Shown here: piece by piece, positions 58,452-63,994 of the stretch
Position numbering within the stretch: the first letter of the stretch is position 1
How the letters are laid out: the number at the start of each line of letters is the position of its first letter
Virus record (IMG/VR): IMGVR_UViG_3300036670_000273
Location: 1-63,994 of that record
Reading direction: 5' to 3' (one strand)
Source: a virus
Lineage: Duplodnaviria > Caudoviricetes
Length of the DNA: 63,994 nt
The notes under the pieces: generated by a model
Seen by the model: the letters and a program-made list of their open reading frames with translations, nothing else
Told to the model about the DNA's origin: nothing
The model's database searches: none
Translations under genes and position numbers: made by a program

Positions 58452-59264
58452 CTATTTTAAAAGATTATAGTATTTATTAAAGTGTTCTAATCTGTCAGAC
58501 AATCCAATCGTTCCTCCATTTACCCTACGAGTTACTAAAGTAACTATATCTTTACTACTACCCTTGTCACAAATTAACCATAATTTATTAGAATCAAAAA
58601 AGTAAGCTGCTGACATTAATGGATACTTCGTAGATACTAAATCAGGGTTTAACATAATATCATCACTAACGGTTTTGTTAAATTTAGTATAGTTTGATCT
58701 GCCTGTTAATTGAATGTATCCCCTTCCTCTAAATTTCCAACCATCACCAGAAGATACGTCACCATTAGACATTCTATTTGCATATACTAAGTTTGCAATT
58801 TTTTCTGGTTTTTTTGCATACGGTAATGGATCTCTTCCAGCTGATTTAAAGTATTTAGCAAATATTTTATTTAAGCCAACTGCTGAATATCTTAAATTTT
58901 CACTAACTGCAGTAAAGCCGGCCGACTCATGTCCACACTGAGATAAAAAGTGAGCAAGTCTTAAACTTGTGGTAATATTGAATTTTTTACATGTTTCCGG
59001 TATTTGCCCGATTACTCTTAATGGAATATAACCATTAAGCTTATCTAATTTAAACTCTGTTTGCTGTACTACCTTTACTGTTGATTTATTTAATGCGGTT
59101 TGTGTTATACTACCAACAATTCCGTCATCATTTAATCCATTTGACTTTTGCCAACTTTTAACTGCTTCTTCTGTTAATGGTCCAAATAAACCAGTTTGCT
59201 TTACATTTAATCTGGCTTGTAGTTTTATTACATCATCTCCAGTTGATCCTCTTTTTAATATCAT
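58452..59264 (-). CDS. Endolysin: PG-binding domain plus GH19 catalytic domain
   Basis: GSTGDDVIKLQ...FGPLTEEAVKSWQ...DGIVG; AHFLSQCGHES, GDGWKFRGRGYIQLTGRSNY, RVNGG. Confidence 0.92.
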   Translation of the reverse strand: MILKRGSTGDDVIKLQARLNVKQTGLFGPLTEEAVKSWQKSNGLNDDGIVGSITQTALNKSTVKVVQQTEFKLDKLNGYIPLRVIGQIPETCKKFNITTSLRLAHFLSQCGHESAGFTAVSENLRYSAVGLNKIFAKYFKSAGRDPLPYAKKPEKIANLVYANRMSNGDVSSGDGWKFRGRGYIQLTGRSNYTKFNKTVSDDIMLNPDLVSTKYPLMSAAYFFDSNKLWLICDKGSSKDIVTLVTRRVNGGTIGLSDRLEHFNKYYNLLK

Positions 59265-59316
59265 ATCAAATCATTTTATATATTTATAATGAGATGAAAT
59301 AAAAAATAAACAGCAC

Positions 59317-59346
59317 AAAAAAAGGGTCACCGATAGCACCCTTTTT
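59317..59346 (-). terminator. Intrinsic terminator upstream of the endolysin
   Basis: AAAAAGGGT-gctatcggtg-ACCCTTTTTTT on the - strand. Confidence 0.75.
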
Positions 59347-59354
59347 GATAGATT

Positions 59355-59494
59355 TTGAAATAAATTTCAAGGTTTTCGAATTCTTTTATGTCTTATTCTG
59401 AAAGACTGAATATTAAACAATATTCAAGCACGATACTATTTTAACCTAACGCGATTCGGTTTTAAGCTTAATAAAAATAATAGAGTTAATTCGA
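59355..59494. ncRNA. Candidate structured small RNA
   Basis: ORF-free; tcgaatt/aattcga (59376-82 / 59488-94) encloses hairpins at 59390-59406 and 59407-59426; another hairpin at 59355-59370; terminator follows on the - strand. Confidence 0.3.
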
Positions 59495-60119
59495 TATAGC
59501 TACTTCATTATAAAAAATCTGCTACATAACATGTGCATTTCCATTTAGTTCAATTTTAAGTATAGTTTCTTTTTTATTTTCAAAAAGTTATTATTGCTGT
59601 ATCCCTATTACACCACTTAAACGAGCACCACTTAAATTAGCAACGCTTAAAATAGCACCACTTAAATTGGCACCACGTAAATCAGCTTTACTTAAATTAG
59701 CACTGTTTAAATCTGCATTACGTAAATTAGACTTACGTAAATCTGAACCACTTAAATCGGCACTTTCTAAATCGGCACCCGCTAAATTTGCACCCTTTAA
59801 ATTTATACCACTTAAATCAGTACCCCTTAAATCGGCACTACTTAAATCTGCCATGGCCTTAACTGCGGCTTCAACTGTTTTACCGATTGTGTTCCCTTTA
59901 ATCGTTATGCTGAATAATAATGATTCCTCAGTTGACATGATTTTAACTGTAGTTTCTCCTGCTGATTCGTTAAGATCAGTAAAGCTTTCGAAAGTTTTAA
60001 TGTATTCCATTTTTGTTTTTATATATCTAAGCTATAGCTACTTCATTATAAAAAATCTGCTACATAACATGTGCATTTCCATTTAGTTCAATTTTAAGTA
60101 TAGTTTCTTTTTTATTTTC
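59495..60119. repeat. 87-bp exact direct repeat (59495-59581 and 60033-60119) flanking the pentapeptide gene
   Basis: tatagctacttcattataaaaaatctgc...tttttattttc is identical base by base. Confidence 0.95.
59591..60010 (-). CDS. Pentapeptide-repeat protein with CTS-like N-terminus
   Basis: MEYIKTFESFTDLNE, then ~16 A(D/N)LxX repeats; GATATATA at 60020-60027. Confidence 0.9.
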   Translation of the reverse strand: MEYIKTFESFTDLNESAGETTVKIMSTEESLLFSITIKGNTIGKTVEAAVKAMADLSSADLRGTDLSGINLKGANLAGADLESADLSGSDLRKSNLRNADLNSANLSKADLRGANLSGAILSVANLSGARLSGVIGIQQ

Positions 60120-60287
60120 TAGAACTTTTTGAATATATGCAGCTGGGTAATGTACATTATCATAAACTGCTATTCGATCTACATAATGTACCTTTACTAT
60201 ATTTGCAGATGATGATGCAGATAATGTGCTTTTTCTTTCTGTTGGTAAAATATGAATTTCATTTTTGAGGTATTCTTCAGTATCCAT
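60060..60287 (-). CDS. Hypothetical protein
   Basis: 75 aa; its 3' end is the duplicated segment. Confidence 0.65.
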   Translation of the reverse strand: MDTEEYLKNEIHILPTERKSTLSASSSANIVKVHYVDRIAVYDNVHYPAAYIQKVLENKKETILKIELNGNAHVM

Positions 60288-60290
60288 AAC

Positions 60291-60563
60291 TTAACTATGT
60301 GATAAATTTAATTCATTAACATTAACATCGTAATATCTTTCTCCGCATATTTTATCTGCATGAGATTCCGCTGCGACTGGTCTAACAAACCAAGTTTTAT
60401 TTAAACCGCTTAATGCACCTGCTTGTACAACTCTCCCTAATATTTTAGTATCTCTAAATACAGGTAGTACATTTCCATCTCTATCAGTTAAACCTTCAGG
60501 GTGAGGTACACCTGCCATTTTTTTAATCCAGCTTACTTGATCTCCAATTTTAAAATTTTTCAT
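60291..60563 (-). CDS. Hypothetical protein (SH3-like FKIGDQV start)
   Basis: 90 aa, downstream of an early promoter module. Confidence 0.7.
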   Translation of the reverse strand: MKNFKIGDQVSWIKKMAGVPHPEGLTDRDGNVLPVFRDTKILGRVVQAGALSGLNKTWFVRPVAAESHADKICGERYYDVNVNELNLSHS

Positions 60564-60573
60564 GATTTTTTAG

Positions 60574-60596
60574 TTTTAATTATAATACAAATATAA
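60574..60596 (-). promoter_or_regulatory. Early promoter module (TATATTTG)
   Basis: Identical 23-mer to 56241-56263. Confidence 0.65.
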
Positions 60597-60649
60597 CATA
60601 ATTTTATAACAGTAGTACTAGATTAAATGTTATTTTTTTGTTAAAATTT

Positions 60650-60910
60650 TTAATCTTTATTTAACATAACATTATTTTCACTTTTATTAGATTTAGAAAT
60701 ACCTCCAATAATATTATAAAAGAGCAAGTTAACTAACATAAACAAACAAAAAGAATTATAAATATTAATTGGGTTAATTGAAGATACTGCTTCGGCTAAT
60801 GAGTTGTTCCATAAGAATTGAATTGGCCACGCAAGAATTAGCCCTTGTGCTATTGTACCGATATTTATAGCTAATTCTATTGCAACAATCGTTAGTGATT
60901 TTTTATTCAT
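60650..60910 (-). CDS. Small membrane protein
   Basis: Two hydrophobic segments, FLWN motif. Confidence 0.65.
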   Translation of the reverse strand: MNKKSLTIVAIELAINIGTIAQGLILAWPIQFLWNNSLAEAVSSINPINIYNSFCLFMLVNLLFYNIIGGISKSNKSENNVMLNKD

Positions 60911-60943
60911 AGTATTTAAATTAAATTGTAAAAATAATGTAAC

Positions 60944-61123
60944 TCATCTTTTAATACTACATATAAAAATAAATGCGTATAAAGGCCATACAAATATCCA
61001 AGTGAGCCTTTCAATATTAGTTATGTTATGATTAGGCAAAGTTGACTTCATTATTAATTCAACGCAGCCACCGAACAAAATACCTATACTAAAATATGCT
61101 AATACTATATGTTGCATCTGCAT
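60944..61123 (-). CDS. Small membrane protein (59 aa, below track cutoff)
   Basis: Hand translation MQMQHIVLAYFSIGILFGGCVELIM...ERLTWIFVWPLYAFIFICSIKR. Confidence 0.6.
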   Translation of the reverse strand: MQMQHIVLAYFSIGILFGGCVELIMKSTLPNHNITNIERLTWIFVWPLYAFIFICSIKR

Positions 61124-61124
61124 G

Positions 61125-61409
61125 TTACAGTATGAGTTTTTTAATATTATCTAATGTAAGTAAACCAGTTTGTCTTTGTTTGATTTCTCCATATTCCATA
61201 TAAACTAATGTTGGTAAATTTCTAACACTAAACTCATTAGCTAATTCAATATTCTCATCAACATTACAATAGTGGATTTTAATGTCAGTGTGATCGGTAC
61301 AAAATTCATCAATAATAGGTTTCATAATTTTACACGGTCCACACCACGGCGCCCAAAAATCAATAAGAATTTTACCTTCATTCAAAAAATCTATTTTTTT
61401 CATATTCAT
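61125..61409 (-). CDS. trxA: Thioredoxin
   Basis: DFWAPWCGPCK, VRNLPT. Confidence 0.95.
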   Translation of the reverse strand: MNMKKIDFLNEGKILIDFWAPWCGPCKIMKPIIDEFCTDHTDIKIHYCNVDENIELANEFSVRNLPTLVYMEYGEIKQRQTGLLTLDNIKKLIL

Positions 61410-61418
61410 TTTAATTAA

Positions 61419-61556
61419 TTATTCTGTAATTATAAGATAAGTTGTATCGTTTAATGTTTGCTTTACCTCACCGTTTTTTACTAGTTCTTGTGCATATACA
61501 GGATCTTTTGCATATATGTATTTAAGAGTTTCATTCATGTAAATAAGTTTACTCAT
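61419..61556 (-). CDS. Small hypothetical protein (45 aa)
   Basis: Hand translation MSKLIYMNETLKYIYAKDPVYAQELVKNGEVKQTLNDTTYLIITE. Confidence 0.55.
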   Translation of the reverse strand: MSKLIYMNETLKYIYAKDPVYAQELVKNGEVKQTLNDTTYLIITE

Positions 61557-61715
61557 TATGATTGTATTACTTATGTATATTTATTTTTTATTTCAACTAC
61601 AGGAAAGATATAATTTTTAATATTGCATAGCATTAAGTGTCGCTTTCTTTTATTAGTACTGCTTTGTTTAACTCAGCGTTTACTAATATTGCTATTAAGA
61701 TTAAAAGTTAAATTT

Positions 61716-62066
61716 TTATTCTATGTACATGTCATATGCTAACTGATATGAGTTTAGTTTTGAAATTGACGGATATTTTTTACGTATTCCCTCTGCTTCA
61801 TTGTATACTTCAGTTCTACGGCTATATGAGCCTGCCTCCAATAATATCTTTTCAATATCTAGCTCTTCTTCAAATAGCGTATACGAATTACGTTTAGTTA
61901 TTTTACGTATGTTTTTTAATATAGAGTGAATCCCGATTATTATTAAAGATGATAATAAAAAAAATAAACCTAATATGTTATCATGATTTACAATAGATTC
62001 ACATAACATGTAACCGCTAATAATAGCAAATAAGTTTTCATATAAAATAGTTATAACCTTTTTCAT
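61716..62066 (-). CDS. Membrane protein
   Basis: Two N-terminal hydrophobic helices. Confidence 0.65.
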   Translation of the reverse strand: MKKVITILYENLFAIISGYMLCESIVNHDNILGLFFLLSSLIIIGIHSILKNIRKITKRNSYTLFEEELDIEKILLEAGSYSRRTEVYNEAEGIRKKYPSISKLNSYQLAYDMYIE

Positions 62067-62119
62067 TTTTATATTTTATATGTAAAGTCAATAATTAGTT
62101 TTCATATAAAATATAAAAA

Positions 62120-62329
62120 TTAAATTTTAGTAAAGTCTACTGATGGGAATTCTCTATGTCTACACTTAAAACTTTCACATAAGTGAATATACCCTTGTTC
62201 TGATGAATTTTCATACATAAAAACAGCAGGGGATGGACAGCGGTCACACTTTTTAGTTTTAGTATATTCCATTTGATCATTGTGCATATACTCCTTTAGC
62301 AATCTATTAATATCTTCAACATGTTTCAT
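62120..62329 (-). CDS. Small putative Zn-binding protein
   Basis: CDRC...LCESFKC. Confidence 0.65.
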   Translation of the reverse strand: MKHVEDINRLLKEYMHNDQMEYTKTKKCDRCPSPAVFMYENSSEQGYIHLCESFKCRHREFPSVDFTKI

Positions 62330-62330
62330 A

Positions 62331-62444
62331 TTAGTCTCCTAGTTTTATTAAGACAAAAACTATAACCTTTGCAGCTCCTGCATTTGCTAATTGTTTTATC
62401 ATTTCTTTTATTGTGAAATCTTCGAATAGTGTAATTATTTTCAT
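62331..62444 (-). pseudogene. 37-aa mini-gene or remnant: CTS-like tag fused to a copy of the PRTase-like C-terminus
   Basis: MKIITLFEDFTIKEMIKQLANAGAAKVIVFVLIKLGD versus ...TIKEMIKQLADAGAAEVIVFVLIKLGD of 62795..63562. Confidence 0.7.
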
Positions 62445-62445
62445 A

Positions 62446-62793
62446 TCATTCTGGTGATCTTACCATTGTTTCTTTAGTTTCATTCCTATAAGTATTCTTA
62501 ACAAATCCAAAATCCTTGTAGAAACCTTTAAGTCTATTTACTGATGAAGCACCAAAATCTTTAGATGGTGTCAGGTAAATCTTTTTATTTGCAGCGTCAG
62601 CAAAATCTATAATTCTTTGCATTACTTTAGAGCCAACTCCGGAACCTCTTGATTCTTTAGGAACTACAATACGTGAAAGTTCTAACCATTTACCATTATC
62701 ATAAAGATCTAATTCTATATTGAATTCAGTTTCTAATTCCTGAAGAATCATACCTTCGTTTATAAAATCTTCAAATACTTTAATATGTCTCAT
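62446..62793 (-). CDS. GNAT acetyltransferase with CTS-like N-terminus
   Basis: MRHIKVFEDFINE; IVVPKESRGSGVGS acetyl-CoA loop; FYKDFGF. Confidence 0.85.
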   Translation of the reverse strand: MRHIKVFEDFINEGMILQELETEFNIELDLYDNGKWLELSRIVVPKESRGSGVGSKVMQRIIDFADAANKKIYLTPSKDFGASSVNRLKGFYKDFGFVKNTYRNETKETMVRSPE

Positions 62794-62794
62794 G

Positions 62795-63562
62795 TTAATC
62801 CCCTAATTTTATTAAAACAAAAACTATAACTTCAGCAGCACCTGCATCTGCTAATTGTTTTATCATTTCCTTTATTGTTGTTCCACTAGTTTTATAATCA
62901 TCTATTAAGATTACTCTCTCTCCCTGTACAGCATTAAATAGTTTACGGTCATTTTGAGAATTAAAAATAATAAAATCCATAAAGAATTTTCTATATCTTG
63001 AAAAAATCTCTTTAATTTTGAAGGGTAAATCTGGATTTGTTGCCTTAATAAAAGAACTATAAATTGCTTTCTGTGTTTTTTCTGGTAACTTATCAACTTT
63101 TTCTTTATCTAACTTTATGTCGGTTGATGCCACTTTTACAAATGATTCAGGGAATAGTATAGAAACGCCACTCTTTTTTGCAAGTTGCGTGGATAACTCA
63201 GTTAAAATAAGAGATGAACTTTGCGGTACTATAATAGCATTAAATGTACTTGCATCAAAAACTTTGTTAAATCCTAGTACTGCTTTAGATATTAATTGTT
63301 GTATGTCTCGGCTACTAATATTATCATCCATCATTTTAATTGATTTTAATAACGGTGTAGATTGTTCAGATTTTCCTAATTGGTATGCATAGTAATATGA
63401 ATATTTAGTATCACCGAGTTTTTGTGTACGACCTTGATATTTTTTAAACCGCAAACTCATCACGTCTTCTGGTTTGTTTGTATTCCAGTCGAAAGTAAAT
63501 AAATCGCCAGTTCTTTGAATACCTTCATTTATAAATTTTTCAAATGACCTAATATGTTTCAT
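62795..63562 (-). CDS. Type I phosphoribosyltransferase-fold protein with CTS-like N-terminus
   Basis: ATG at 63562 gives MKHIRSFEKFINE; PRPP loop VILIDDYKTSGTT; GATATATA at 63585-63592. Confidence 0.8.
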   Translation of the reverse strand: MKHIRSFEKFINEGIQRTGDLFTFDWNTNKPEDVMSLRFKKYQGRTQKLGDTKYSYYYAYQLGKSEQSTPLLKSIKMMDDNISSRDIQQLISKAVLGFNKVFDASTFNAIIVPQSSSLILTELSTQLAKKSGVSILFPESFVKVASTDIKLDKEKVDKLPEKTQKAIYSSFIKATNPDLPFKIKEIFSRYRKFFMDFIIFNSQNDRKLFNAVQGERVILIDDYKTSGTTIKEMIKQLADAGAAEVIVFVLIKLGD

Positions 63563-63644
63563 AAGTACTGTTATTTTTATAATATATATATCTTTAGTTA
63601 TTTTAGTTGTCGCACATTGCAGCACACTTTTACCCATACGTCAC

Positions 63645-63864
63645 TGGAACTCTAAGACTCTAAGAATGGAACTCTAAGAATGGAACTCTAAGACTCTACA
63701 TGCCAGCCCTTTCTTAGAGTTAAGTCTAAAACCACACGTCTCTGCCCTTTACCGCGGCTCATGTTTCTCTACATCTGTAAGTAGCTGGAGCAACAGATGT
63801 TAAGTTCTTTAAGTTCTCTAAGTTCTTTAAGTTCTTTAATACTCTAAGACTTAATTTACTCTAA
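63645..63864. repeat. Cluster of short ACTCTAAG / TAAGTTCTY repeats
   Basis: (a)tggaactctaaga x3 plus ctctaaga (63645-63698); inverted ttcttagagtt (63711-63721); 9-mer taagttcty x4 (63801-63836). Confidence 0.8.
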
Positions 63865-63889
63865 ACACTATAAGCGCGCATGCGAGTAA

Positions 63890-63982
63890 TTACAGTATTG
63901 TGTGATGCAGTAGTCAATAGCTGTAAATCCGGGAGTACACACAGATAGCCTGCGGCATCTTGTGAGCGGTGCGCCGCCTCCC
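63890..63982. ncRNA. Candidate GC-rich structured RNA (may continue past the window edge)
   Basis: ttacag-tattg/caata-ctgtaa hairpin; gggag/ctccc closing two hairpins cacagat-gcc/ggc-atct-tgtg and gcgg/ccgc. Confidence 0.4.
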
Positions 63983-63994
63983 GTTAAAGTTTGC

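Noticed and set aside
59495-60119. IS/transposon or DGR template-variable repeat pair
   Set aside because: No transposase, terminal inverted repeats or reverse transcriptase; the copies are identical with no adenine-specific differences.
48888-61646. 11-mer agtgtcgcttt shared by two intergenic gaps (~48888 and ~61636)
   Set aside because: Only two copies with no shared flanking structure; compatible with chance or decayed ORFs.
38-63392. Many + strand ORFs of 60-140 aa in the track (e.g. 38..310, 3666..3950, 40534..40899, 59667..60086), - strand 52746..53237, and off-frame - strand ORFs 21468..21659, 29426..29620, 62911..63096
   Set aside because: They lie antisense to or inside well-supported genes and have shadow-ORF composition with no motifs.
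63645-63864. CRISPR array
   Set aside because: Units are 8-14 bp and abutting, with no unique spacers; no cas genes in the window.
1-63994. Stop-codon reassignment, as seen in some large phages
   Set aside because: Standard code gives full-length genes at high density, and TAA, TAG and TGA all end genes at sensible positions.
1-63994. tRNA or rRNA genes
   Set aside because: No cloverleaf with a GTTCRA T-loop and no rRNA-like tract found by eye in the intergenic gaps; tRNAscan-SE would be decisive.

Overview
Very AT-rich, gene-dense segment of a large T4-like (jumbo) myophage, almost all on the - strand. The host is probably Bacteroidota: there are TAnnTTTG-type promoter boxes and A-rich leaders without Shine-Dalgarno sites. 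From right to left the window holds (i) an accessory region (PRTase-like, GNAT, thioredoxin, pentapeptide protein, GH19 endolysin, HAD phosphatase, GlyA, CCA-adding enzyme, P-loop kinase, GH73, DnaJ, DNA ligase, dCMP deaminase); (ii) a ~34 kb contractile tail/baseplate/neck module (gp53-, gp27-, gp5-, gp13-, gp25-, gp6-, gp3-like genes and fibres) that also carries a ribosomal protein S1-like gene and an apparently inactivated amidoligase; (iii) a replication/recombination module (RuvC-like, GroES, gp32 SSB, primase, UvsY, UvsW). The most notable observation is that the UvsW-like helicase is broken inside its DECH motif into two genes 4.3 kb apart, each carrying half of a naturally split intein, with six genes and no homing endonuclease between them. 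About 11 unrelated proteins share a T4 capsid-targeting-like N-terminal tag, suggesting a set of head-packaged, injected proteins. Other points: two tagged genes are bracketed by duplications of their upstream neighbour's 3' end, a putative late promoter sits in the loop of an 18-bp hairpin that covers a translation start, and there are two candidate structured RNAs. All product calls come from motifs read by eye; no database search was run.
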